The position numbers and the translations under genes were made by a program. Positions 10,072 through 18,085 of a stretch of DNA of 32,000 bases are shown piece by piece (position 1 is the stretch's first letter; each line of letters starts with the position of its first letter). Location: sequence record OZ374717.1; one strand, written 5' to 3'. A model generated the notes under the pieces. It was given only the letters and a program-made list of their open reading frames with translations, did not search any database and had not been told where the DNA came from.

Positions 10072-10666
10072 AATTATTTTTATTTGTTAATGTACCAACA
10101 GGGCATAAATCTATAATATTACCGGACAATTCTGATAAAATTATTTTATTTATATAAACACCTATTTCACTTTTTGTTCCACGCCCAAATATACCTAATT
10201 CTGATGTCCCAGCAATCTCATTAATAAACCTAACACACCTTGTACAGTGAATACACCTAGTCATAACTGTTTTCACTATAGGACCTAAATTTTTATCACT
10301 AACGACCCTTTTAAATTTATAAAATCGTCTTTTTGTAAAACCAAAAAATAAGGATTGGTCCTGTAAATCACAATCACCACCTTGATCACATATCGGACAA
10401 TCTAATGGATGATTCAATAAAAGGAACTCTAATATATTTTCTCTAGCTTTTTTAACTAAAGGACTATCAAAATAAATTTTATTTTTATTTAACACCATTT
10501 CAATATTAGTAGAACATGACACAACTGGTTTAATAGTTTTATCTAATTCAACTAAACAAACACGGCAGTTTCCTGCTATTGATAGATCATTGTAAAAACA
10601 GTAATGAGGTATTGATATACCATTGGCTATTAAATAAATGAGCAATGAATTTTTATTTTTATTCAA
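10052..10666 (-). CDS. nad11: NADH dehydrogenase subunit 11, N-terminal Fe-S domain as a separate ORF (TTG start)
   Basis: Cys motifs [23 protein letters not shown]...[24 protein letters not shown] and [10 protein letters not shown]...[11 protein letters not shown]. No in-frame ATG is present: the frame opens after TAA at 10672..10670, then TTA TTG. It overlaps the downstream nad11 ORF by 20 nt in another frame. Confidence 0.9.
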   Translation of the reverse strand: MNKNKNSLLIYLIANGISIPHYCFYNDLSIAGNCRVCLVELDKTIKPVVSCSTNIEMVLNKNKIYFDSPLVKKARENILEFLLLNHPLDCPICDQGGDCDLQDQSLFFGFTKRRFYKFKRVVSDKNLGPIVKTVMTRCIHCTRCVRFINEIAGTSELGIFGRGTKSEIGVYINKIILSELSGNIIDLCPVGTLTNKNNYGCFNQ

Positions 10667-10697
10667 TAATTAAAGTCAGTTATTATTTTAAACATTA

Positions 10698-10898
10698 TTA
10701 TATTGTTTTAAAAAAAAGAATATAGTTTAATATATTTATATTTTTTAAAATATTTTTTAATTTTAAAATTTTTACCCTGAATTTATTTAAAGTAATATTT
10801 TTTAAAACTAAATTTAAAGTTAATAAATAATGTAATATTAAAACAAATATCAAATCATTTATTAATGGAAATATTATTATAACATCAAACTGAGGCAT
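10698..10898 (-). CDS. atp8: ATP synthase F0 subunit 8
   Basis: 66-aa ORF starting MPQFD, with a hydrophobic N-terminal helix and a basic tail. ATG start. Confidence 0.8.
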   Translation of the reverse strand: MPQFDVIIIFPLINDLIFVLILHYLLTLNLVLKNITLNKFRVKILKLKNILKNINILNYILFFKTI

Positions 10899-10907
10899 TT
10901 TTTATAA

Positions 10908-11228
10908 CTATACTTTGTTTATTGGTTTTTGTTTTATAAATTCAACTGTTATTGATGTTTTAAATTTATAAATAATAATTAATAAAGATAATATTATAAC
11001 AGATTCAGCTACAGCAACCGTTAATATAAATATCACAAAAATATGTCCTATAATATCATCTAAATAAATAGACACTATTATAAAATTTAAATTTAAACCT
11101 AAAAAAATAACCTCAACAGCAATTAATATCATTAAAATATTTTTTTTATTTAAAAACACTCCTAATAAACCTAAAATAAAAATTAAATTATTTAAACTAA
11201 TAATGTGATTAATTATTTCTAACGTCAT
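10908..11228 (-). CDS. nad4L: NADH dehydrogenase subunit 4L
   Basis: 106-aa three-helix protein with ...LIAVEVIFLGLNLNF... and LTVAVAESVIILSLL, typical of Nad4L/NuoK. The ATG directly abuts trnK. Confidence 0.9.
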   Translation of the reverse strand: MTLEIINHIISLNNLIFILGLLGVFLNKKNILMILIAVEVIFLGLNLNFIIVSIYLDDIIGHIFVIFILTVAVAESVIILSLLIIIYKFKTSITVEFIKQKPINKV

Positions 11229-11302
11229 TAAATATATCAGGATTTGAACCTGAGTCGTGTGGATTAAAAGTCCAACACTCTACCTAACTGAGCTATATAT
11301 TT
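11229..11302 (-). tRNA. trnK(uuu): tRNA-Lys (anticodon UUU)
   Basis: Acceptor AAATATA/TATATTT, D arm GCTC-AGTTAGGTA-GAGT, anticodon loop CTTTTAA, T arm TCAGG-TTCAAAT-CCTGA. Confidence 0.85.
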
Positions 11303-11311
11303 TATTATTTT

Positions 11312-11554
<243 letters not shown>

Positions 11555-11588
11555 TTACTATTTTTCGAAAAATAAATACTATTTTATT

Positions 11589-12011
11589 TTAATTGAACCA
11601 AAAAATAAATTGTTTTAATATTTTTGTTTTTATTGGCAATTTAAGTTTAAACAATTTTATTGTATTTATTATAGTTTGATCATTTGAACCACAAATTTCA
11701 ATAATAATATTACCATTCGTAATTTTATATATTCGATGTGATATTTTGCCTTTACCTTTACCCATTCGTATACCAATTGGCTTTTTTGTAGTATAAAAAC
11801 AAGGGAAAATTTTAATCCAGATTTTTATTTTTTTACAAGTTTTTTTTAAAATAATCTGTTTAAATGATTCAATTTGTTTATAGCTAATAACTCCGGATTC
11901 CAAAGCCTTTAACCCTATTAACCCAAATTTTAAATAACATATTTTAAATTTTTTTAATTTACCTTTTTTTGACTTTCGAAACAATTTTTTAATTAATTTA
12001 GTATTCTGCAT
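11589..12011 (-). CDS. rpl16: ribosomal protein L16
   Basis: 140-aa ORF with LKFGLIGLKALESGVISYKQIESFKQ...IKIWIKIFP...TKKPIGIRMGKGKGKISH, matching the L16 pattern. ATG start. Confidence 0.9.
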   Translation of the reverse strand: MQNTKLIKKLFRKSKKGKLKKFKICYLKFGLIGLKALESGVISYKQIESFKQIILKKTCKKIKIWIKIFPCFYTTKKPIGIRMGKGKGKISHRIYKITNGNIIIEICGSNDQTIINTIKLFKLKLPIKTKILKQFIFWFN

Positions 12012-12016
12012 TTTTT

Positions 12017-13054
12017 TTAATATTTAATAAAAATTTTACCACCTATTGTTCCTTTAAATGTAAAAAATGTGCGTTGATAAAAATCAATATTATTATTAAT
12101 TTTTGAATTATTTATAGACTGACCTATTTTAATTGTTTTTTTAACAGCTCGAGAAGATTTATTTAAATTACCCTTTAATACAACAGTAATTCCTTTAATA
12201 GTATTAAATTTTAATAAAAACTGTATTAATATATTTTCAAAAAATTTAAAAAAAAAGTTTAGATTTTTGAAATTTTTATAATTATTTAACCACAAATTTA
12301 AAAACTCCATAATTAAAGCAGATTTTTTTTGTAGATTTAACAAAATATAAACAAAATTTAGATTTAACGTAAAAAATTGATTCATTTTTTCAAATTTTCT
12401 AAATTTTAAAATTTTAAACAATAATTTTTGTTTATTATTTTTCAATAAAAGTTTTAAATTGCTATTTTTAACAACCTGTTTAACAGTAATATATATATTT
12501 GTTTTATTATTTAAAAATATTTGTAAATTAATTAATAACTTATTGCTAAAGTTATTAATCAAATAAATTTCTTTTATATTTTTAAATTTAAACTTGAACA
12601 TATGAATAAATTTTAAAAAATCTATTCTTTTTAAAGTTAAATTTATAAAAACAGATTCGTTTGTGAATTTAATTTTTAATAATTTATAAATATTAATTAG
12701 ATACCTATTTTTAAAATATTTTTTTAGTATTAAACTATTAATTTTAAAAAATAATAAGTTATCAGTTAATTTAGGTAATAAACAATATCTATTAAATAAA
12801 AATAAATTTTTCCTTTGTAAAAAATTAATAACACTATAATTAACGAAAATATGTATTAACTTTTTTTTGTAATACAATTTAAAATCATTTATTTTTAGTC
12901 CGTTTTTAGTAAAAAATAAAAAAATAAAATTACTGATCTCATTTTTTTGAAAAATAAACGTATTTAATTCTATCAATTTTTTTTCGATAAATTTTGAATT
13001 CCAATCATTTTTTATTGATATCCGAAAAATAGCTGGGTTTATTTTTTTGTTCAT
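12017..13054 (-). CDS. rps3: ribosomal protein S3 (expanded, 345 aa)
   Basis: N-terminus MNKKINPAIFRISIKNDWNSKF (S3 pattern hP.g.R......W.s.w) and C-terminus GITVVLKGNLNKSSRAVKKTIKIGQ...TFKGTIGGKIFI. The middle is a low-complexity expansion. Confidence 0.8.
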   Translation of the reverse strand: MNKKINPAIFRISIKNDWNSKFIEKKLIELNTFIFQKNEISNFIFLFFTKNGLKINDFKLYYKKKLIHIFVNYSVINFLQRKNLFLFNRYCLLPKLTDNLLFFKINSLILKKYFKNRYLINIYKLLKIKFTNESVFINLTLKRIDFLKFIHMFKFKFKNIKEIYLINNFSNKLLINLQIFLNNKTNIYITVKQVVKNSNLKLLLKNNKQKLLFKILKFRKFEKMNQFFTLNLNFVYILLNLQKKSALIMEFLNLWLNNYKNFKNLNFFFKFFENILIQFLLKFNTIKGITVVLKGNLNKSSRAVKKTIKIGQSINNSKINNNIDFYQRTFFTFKGTIGGKIFIKY

Positions 13055-13069
13055 TTTATAATAAAAACT

Positions 13070-13828
13070 TTAATTTTTTTTAGAATATTTAATTTTACCC
13101 CAAGGATTTTTATTTTTTGAGGATTTTCGTCCCTCACCACCACCATTTGGATGATCAACAGGATTCATAGCAACACCTCTAACCGAAGGTTTTATACCTA
13201 ACCATTTAGATCTACCAGCTTTCCCTAATTGTTTTAAAAAAAAGAATTCATTAGATGTCATACCAATATAACCAAAAGAATTAGTCGAAATTGATTTTTT
13301 TTTCCCTGAACTCAATACTATTTTAATATTTATTGAACTTTTGTTTATTAGTAAAGAAAAAGTACCTGCTGATTTTGATATTTCACTAATACCGCCTGAT
13401 CTTACTGAAATATTATATACTGGACATCCGATAGGTATTTTATTTAATTCTATGCAATGGCCAACTTTTTTTTCAGCTTCTCTACCAGTTTTAATAATAT
13501 GACCTACCTTTAAATTTTTTGGTGCAATAATATAAAAAAAAGATTTTCGTTTAAAATCAAATATTGCAGCTATATTTGCATTGCGATTTGAATCGTATTC
13601 AATACTATAAACAACACCTATAATATTATTTTTCATAATAAAATTTATTTTTTCAAATAACTTTTTATTTTTAGTATATCTATAATAGGTGAAAATTTTA
13701 CTTAAACCAATAAAATTTTTATTAATTTTTGACTTTACTTTTAAAACTCGTATTTTACTAATTTTATTGAAAATATTTAAATAATGTCGTTTTGACGGAC
13801 TGGTTGGTTTTAAAACTATTAACTTCAT
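13070..13828 (-). CDS. rpl2: ribosomal protein L2
   Basis: 252-aa ORF with GRSKWLGIKPSVRGVAMNPVDHPNGGGEGRKS, the L2 signature. ATG start. Confidence 0.95.
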   Translation of the reverse strand: MKLIVLKPTSPSKRHYLNIFNKISKIRVLKVKSKINKNFIGLSKIFTYYRYTKNKKLFEKINFIMKNNIIGVVYSIEYDSNRNANIAAIFDFKRKSFFYIIAPKNLKVGHIIKTGREAEKKVGHCIELNKIPIGCPVYNISVRSGGISEISKSAGTFSLLINKSSINIKIVLSSGKKKSISTNSFGYIGMTSNEFFFLKQLGKAGRSKWLGIKPSVRGVAMNPVDHPNGGGEGRKSSKNKNPWGKIKYSKKN

Positions 13829-13840
13829 TACTTTTAAATT

Positions 13841-14380
13841 ATGTTTTTATTATCTAAAAAACTATATATCAATAATTTTCTTCTAAAATTTAGTTTACAA
13901 AAAAATTCATTAAAAAATATAAAAAAACACATATATATGTTAAATATACTAAATTATAAAACTATCCCTCTAAAAGTATTTTACATTAATAAAAAATTAA
14001 ATTTAGTTGCATATATTATTAGTATTTCAATAAATAAATCAAATATATTTTTTCATATAAAAAACTGTTTTGGTAATGAACTTTTTTATTATTCAATAGG
14101 TTTATTAAATTTAAATAAAAAAAAATTAAAAAAATCCGAACTTTTACAAAAATTTTTAAAACTAATGTTTTTAAAGATGAAATTTTTAAAAAATAAACCT
14201 TTATCTGTCCATCTATTCAATATTGATTTTAATTATAACTGGTTTATAGAAAAACTTTATATAAAATCGTTCATTCTATCGATCCAACTATACACAAACG
14301 TTTCACATAATGGGTGTAGAAAAAAAAAATTAAAGAAAAAAAGAGTAAAAAAAGTGGCTGAGTTAGGTTTAAAGCGATAA
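13841..14380 (+). CDS. rps11: ribosomal protein S11 (reading frame runs 33 nt into trnY)
   Basis: C-terminal SHNGCRKKKLKKKRV matches the S11 end motif PHNGCRppKkRRV. ATG at 13841. The in-frame TAA lies inside trnY. Confidence 0.75.
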   Translation: MFLLSKKLYINNFLLKFSLQKNSLKNIKKHIYMLNILNYKTIPLKVFYINKKLNLVAYIISISINKSNIFFHIKNCFGNELFYYSIGLLNLNKKKLKKSELLQKFLKLMFLKMKFLKNKPLSVHLFNIDFNYNWFIEKLYIKSFILSIQLYTNVSHNGCRKKKLKKKRVKKVAELGLKR

Positions 14381-14430
14381 ATTGTAAATTTATTGAATTT
14401 TCATCATAGGTTCGAATCCTATCTTTTTTA
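14348..14430 (+). tRNA. trnY(gua): tRNA-Tyr (anticodon GUA), long variable arm
   Basis: Acceptor AAAAAAG/CTTTTTT, D arm GCTG-AGTTAGGTTTA-AAGC, anticodon arm ATAAA-TTGTAAA-TTTAT, variable arm TGAATTTTCATC, T arm ATAGG-TTCGAAT-CCTAT. Confidence 0.85.
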
Positions 14431-14433
14431 AAT

Positions 14434-14510
14434 CGAAATATAGCATAAAATTGGGTTAATGTGCTGGTTTTGGGGACCAGAATTTATGTGTTCAAATCAC
14501 ATTATTTCGA
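14434..14510 (+). tRNA. trnP(ugg): tRNA-Pro (anticodon UGG)
   Basis: Acceptor CGAAATA/TATTTCG, anticodon arm CTGGT-TTTGGGG-ACCAG, T arm ATGTG-TTCAAAT-CACAT. Confidence 0.8.
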
Positions 14511-14960
14511 ATTAAAACTAAATTTTTTTAATTGAATAGTAAAAAATTTATAAATTAATTTTTTATTTTGATAATAATTAAATGAATAACTTCTTCGAAT
14601 TACAGTTAAACTGTAAATTTTATTATTCAATTTAACACACAAAATATTAAAAAAAAGTGTATTACATAAAAATAAAAATGAAGTTTTTATTATCTTTTTT
14701 TTGAAATTAATAATTTTCAATAAACCTATACCTGAATATTGTAAAAATAATTTTAATATTACTTTTTTTATTGAATTATAGAAAAGCTTTAGTAAAAAAC
14801 TGTTAATCACTTTATATTTAATTAGATTTAAATTTTTTATATACTTTTTCTCTATTAAATATTTTGTTTTACTCATATTAAAATCTTTAATAAAAAATAA
14901 TAAATGATTTATTTTAATAAAATTTTTTATTCTTTTTAATTTATAAAATTTGTTGATCAT
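14502..14960 (-). CDS. hypothetical protein, 152 aa, Lys/Ile/Asn-rich, no family recognised
   Basis: ATG-initiated ORF filling an otherwise empty slot between trnW and trnP. Its composition resembles the divergent ribosomal-protein genes of this genome. No motif could be assigned by eye. Confidence 0.4.
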   Translation of the reverse strand: MINKFYKLKRIKNFIKINHLLFFIKDFNMSKTKYLIEKKYIKNLNLIKYKVINSFLLKLFYNSIKKVILKLFLQYSGIGLLKIINFKKKIIKTSFLFLCNTLFFNILCVKLNNKIYSLTVIRRSYSFNYYQNKKLIYKFFTIQLKKFSFNSK

Positions 14961-15124
14961 TTTTAAAACTATTTTTTACTATAAAATTATATAAATATGA
15001 AACATATTAATTTTAAATTATTTTTAATTTTTATTATTATATATCTATTTTTTTTCGGAGACTTTTTTTTAATTAAAAAAAAATTATCAGTTTTTTTTAA
15101 CACTATCAATAAAAATATTAATAA

Positions 15125-15197
15125 CAAGAAAAAAAGGATTTGAACCTTTGTATTTAATTTTGGAAATTAATGTTCTAAACCCCTGAACTATTTTCTT
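15125..15197 (-). tRNA. trnW(cca): tRNA-Trp (anticodon CCA)
   Basis: Acceptor AAGAAAA/TTTTCTT, D arm GTTC-AGGGGTTTA-GAAC, anticodon arm TTAAT-TTCCAAA-ATTAA, T arm AAAGG-TTCAAAT-CCTTT. Confidence 0.9.
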
Positions 15198-15212
15198 TTA
15201 AAAAAAACAAAA

Positions 15213-15935
15213 ATGAATCTAATAATAGAAATCAAAAATAGAATTTTATTATTATCATTAAACTCTTTTGCTTTAATAAATACTATTTATTATTATAAAG
15301 AGAGTTTTATTTATTTATTAATAACAAATATAATTTTTAAAAATTATATGAATTTTTATTTAATTTATACAAATATTTTTGAGTTATTTAATATATATTT
15401 AAATATAATTTATTTTTTTACTTTTAATATAACTTTTACACTCTTTTTACACCAAACTTTAATTTTTATAAATTTTGGTTTATATAAAAAGGAGTATAAT
15501 TTTACAAAAACAATTTTTATTTTAACATTCGTTTTATATATTATAATTGGAGGAGTTTTAATATTTTTACTCTTTCCCTTTGTATGTAAATTTTTAACAA
15601 CTTTTCAAAATTCTTTTATATTTAATTCAATTTATTTAGAAATTAAAATTAATGAATATATTAATACTTTTAATGGAATTTATAGAATATTACAAATTTA
15701 TTCGCTCACTTTAGTTATTTTTACAATTTTATTAAAAAAATATATAAAAAAAACTAATATAGTAAAATTCCGAAAATTATACTATTTTATATTAATACCA
15801 TCGATATTGATAATAATGTTAAACGAAATATTAACTGAAATGATAATTCAAATTATCATTTTTTTATTATTAATATTGTATTATGAATTATATTTATTTT
15901 ATTTAATTTATTTCAACTTTTATAGGATAAAATAG
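15213..15935 (+). CDS. tatC: probable Sec-independent translocase component TatC (mttB/ymf16)
   Basis: 240-aa polytopic hydrophobic ORF with ATG start. The N-terminus ..IIEIKNRILLLSLNSFALINTIYYYKESFIYLL fits the TatC start pattern (E[LI].~R~~~~~~~f). Size and predicted helix number match mitochondrial tatC of heterokont algae. The call rests on weak motif evidence only. Confidence 0.55.
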   Translation: MNLIIEIKNRILLLSLNSFALINTIYYYKESFIYLLITNIIFKNYMNFYLIYTNIFELFNIYLNIIYFFTFNITFTLFLHQTLIFINFGLYKKEYNFTKTIFILTFVLYIIIGGVLIFLLFPFVCKFLTTFQNSFIFNSIYLEIKINEYINTFNGIYRILQIYSLTLVIFTILLKKYIKKTNIVKFRKLYYFILIPSILIIMLNEILTEMIIQIIIFLLLILYYELYLFYLIYFNFYRIK

Positions 15936-16009
15936 GGTTCGAACCTATAATATTTTAAAAATAAAACAGTTTTCAAAACTGTCGCTTTGAGCCATTCAGC
16001 CATTTATCC
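15924..16009 (-). tRNA. trnS(uga): tRNA-Ser (anticodon UGA), long variable arm
   Basis: Acceptor GGATAAA/TTTATCC, D arm GCTG-AATGGCTCA-AAGC, anticodon arm ACAGT-TTTGAAA-ACTGT, long variable arm, T arm ATAGG-TTCGAAC-CCTAT. It overlaps the tatC 3' end antisense by 12 nt. Confidence 0.85.
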
Positions 16010-16061
16010 TAATATATAATAAATATAATAAAATTATATAGTTTATTTTTAAAACAAATAT

Positions 16062-16565
16062 TCAATTATTAAACATTTTAAAATTTTGATTTATATATTG
16101 GGTTTCTTTAAAATTATTATTATTATATATAATTGCAATTTGTATTTTATTTAATTTATTTAATACATTAAAAAATTTCTCTAATTTTTTAAATAAAAAT
16201 AAATTCTTTATGTTAAAAAACATAATAGTAAAATCAAATGATTTAAAAATAAAAGGCAAAACTTCTACTATTAAAATATTAAAAAACCTTTCCATCGCCA
16301 TATTTTTTAAAATTATTTTACAACAAATAGGCTTCCCTTTCTTTATTTTAAATAATAAAGTTTGTTTTTTAGTTTTAATTTTAATATTTATTTTTTTTTT
16401 ACAAATGAATTTTAATAATAATATATTTATAGATAAAAAATGAAAATTTTTAAAATCAACTGTTAATATTATTTTTTTTATTTGAGGTATTTTTAATAAC
16501 AAAAAATAATTAAATTTATTAATAATATCAAATTTTAAATGATTTTGGTAAAAATTGTTCAACAC
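16062..16565 (-). CDS. rpl5: ribosomal protein L5 (probable GTG start)
   Basis: (V)LNNFYQNHLKFDIINKFNYFLLLKIPQIKKIILTV aligns with the L5 N-terminus (MAKLHDYYK..V...L...F.Y.....vP.i.KI.ln). KKGKPICCKIILKNMAMERFFNILIVEVLP matches r.g.piG.kvTLRg..My.Fl.kl....lP. The track ORF (TTG at 16703) reads through trnD. The only ATG (16601) lies inside trnD. GTG 16565 or TTG 16562 sit just downstream of the tRNA. Confidence 0.75.
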   Translation of the reverse strand: MLNNFYQNHLKFDIINKFNYFLLLKIPQIKKIILTVDFKNFHFLSINILLLKFICKKKINIKIKTKKQTLLFKIKKGKPICCKIILKNMAMERFFNILIVEVLPFIFKSFDFTIMFFNIKNLFLFKKLEKFFNVLNKLNKIQIAIIYNNNNFKETQYINQNFKMFNN

Positions 16566-16576
16566 AATAAAATAAA

Positions 16577-16651
16577 CGAAAATGACGAGATTCGAACTCA
16601 TAATTTTTGATATGACAAACCAAAATTTTAACCAATTAAAATTACATTTCC
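16577..16651 (-). tRNA. trnD(guc): tRNA-Asp (anticodon GUC)
   Basis: Acceptor GGAAATG/CATTTTC, anticodon arm TTGGT-TTGTCAT-ATCAA, T arm ATGAG-TTCGAAT-CTCGT. Confidence 0.85.
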
Positions 16652-16835
16652 GAACAAAACCGATTAATAATATGATAACTGTAAAAAATAAAACATAAAA
16701 CAAATGCTGTTTTTATGTGTAAATTGTAGATGTATAAATACTAAATATACAAAATACAATTCATATAAAAACACAGACCAGCATCAAACCTATCATTTTA
16801 ACACCATTAAACATCCAGAGTTAAATATATACAGT

Positions 16836-17210
16836 TTAAAACATTTTTAATGAAATAGTTTTTAATTTTTGCAATTTATTTTTAAATTTATCAGACACAA
16901 AACCTAACATTCTATTACCAAAAGGGTTCATTTGTTTATCTAATAATATAATAAAGTTAGCCTTTAATTTCAATTTAAATCCAGTTTTTTTATGTTTAAA
17001 CTTTTTTGTCTCTGCAATAATACCTTTAAATAAAGTTTTTTTTTTAATTTTTAATATATTAACATTTGTTTTTAAACTTTTTATAGATACTACAATTAAA
17101 TCACCAATATTTGCATACTTTTTTTTATAACCACCTAAAATTTTAATACATTCTGCTGTTTTAGCTCCTGAGTTGTCAGCTATTTTTAAAACTGTTTTGT
17201 GTTTGATCAT
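16836..17210 (-). CDS. rpl14: ribosomal protein L14
   Basis: MIKHKTVLKIADNSGAKTAECIKILGG...YANIGDLIVVSIK...NPFGNRMLG is the L14 signature. True ATG at 17210. The track start at 17243 is an upstream TTG. Confidence 0.9.
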   Translation of the reverse strand: MIKHKTVLKIADNSGAKTAECIKILGGYKKKYANIGDLIVVSIKSLKTNVNILKIKKKTLFKGIIAETKKFKHKKTGFKLKLKANFIILLDKQMNPFGNRMLGFVSDKFKNKLQKLKTISLKMF

Positions 17211-17236
17211 AAATAATTTATATTTTTTCAATCTAA

Positions 17237-17611
17237 TTACCAACGATAAAAAAACAACACTTTTTTATAATCAGATCTTTCAGTTTGCAGATTTTTTCTC
17301 TCCAATAGTAAATTTTTTAAAGTTAATAAAATAAATAATTTTTTACTACGAATAAATTTATTCACAATAAATTTTATACTAAAAGATATTTTATTGGATA
17401 AAAAAAAATATGATTTAATATCGAATTTTTTACTTTTAATTTTAAAAACTAGTAAAAAAAAATTAATACATATTTGAATAAATTTTTTCGGATTTTTTTT
17501 ATTATAGTATTTTAATACTTGTTTAAAAATATTTTTATAAATTTTTTCACTTACATTTTTGTTTCCTTTATTTAGTATATAACTTATAAAGCCTAATTTT
17601 ACATAAAATAT
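17237..17611 (-). CDS. rps7: ribosomal protein S7 (not in the ORF track; no ATG/GTG/TTG initiator)
   Basis: Hand translation of the rps12-rpl14 gap gives one open frame from the TAA at 17623..17621 to the TAA at 17239..17237: KLTIFYVKLGFISYILNKGNKNVSEKIYKNIFKQVLKYYNKKNPKKFIQICINFFLLVFKIKSKKFDIKSYFFLSNKISFSIKFIVNKFIRSKKLFILLTLKNLLLERKNLQTERSDYKKVLFFYRW*. It matches S7 landmarks (f.n.lm..GkK..ae.i...a; terminal hYRW) and the conserved rps12-rps7 order. The start coordinate (ATA at 17611) is a guess. Confidence 0.7.
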   Translation of the reverse strand: MFYVKLGFISYILNKGNKNVSEKIYKNIFKQVLKYYNKKNPKKFIQICINFFLLVFKIKSKKFDIKSYFFLSNKISFSIKFIVNKFIRSKKLFILLTLKNLLLERKNLQTERSDYKKVLFFYRW

Positions 17612-17613
17612 GG

Positions 17614-17988
17614 TTAATTTTTAATTTTTTTAGTACCATATTTTGATCTAGAAGTTTTTCGTGTTTTTAAACCTGAAAAATCGAATTTCCCTCGTATTAA
17701 CCTATATTTTATACCAGGTAAATCTTTAATTCTTCCACCTTTAATCAAAATTGCAGAATATTCTAATAAATTATGTCCTTCACCAGGAATATATGCATAT
17801 ACTATTTTATTATTGGTTAATTTTACTTTCACTAATTTTCGTAAAGCTGAGTTTGGTTTTTTAGGTGATTTTACAATAAGCTTAATACAAATTCCTTTTT
17901 TTTGAGGACAATTATCTAAAGCTGGTGTTTTATTTATTTTCTTTTTTTTTAATCGTTTATTTTTTAAAAGTTGATTAAAAGTAGACAT
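17614..17988 (-). CDS. rps12: ribosomal protein S12
   Basis: 124-aa ORF: TPALDNCPQKKGICIKLIVKSPKKPNSALRKLVKVKLTNNKIVYAYIPGEGHNLLEYSAILIKGGRIKDLPGIKY. Confidence 0.95.
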   Translation of the reverse strand: MSTFNQLLKNKRLKKKKINKTPALDNCPQKKGICIKLIVKSPKKPNSALRKLVKVKLTNNKIVYAYIPGEGHNLLEYSAILIKGGRIKDLPGIKYRLIRGKFDFSGLKTRKTSRSKYGTKKIKN

Positions 17989-17992
17989 CTTT

Positions 17993-18077
17993 TACCAAAA
18001 AAGGGACTTGAACCCTTAAAAATATTAATTAAACTAGAACCTAAACCTAGTATGTTTACCAATTTCATCATTTTGGA
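17993..18077 (-). tRNA. trnL(uag): tRNA-Leu (anticodon UAG), long variable arm
   Basis: Anticodon arm CTAGG-TTTAGGT-TCTAG, long variable arm, T arm AAGGG-TTCAAGT-CCCTT, acceptor CCAAAA/TTTTGG with a T/T mismatch at 1:72. Confidence 0.8.
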
Positions 18078-18085
18078 GAACAATT

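Noticed and set aside
15063-15082. 20-bp palindrome ttttttttaattaaaaaaaa as a terminator or regulatory hairpin
   Set aside because: It is pure A/T homopolymer arms, expected by chance in sequence this AT-rich, with no supporting context.
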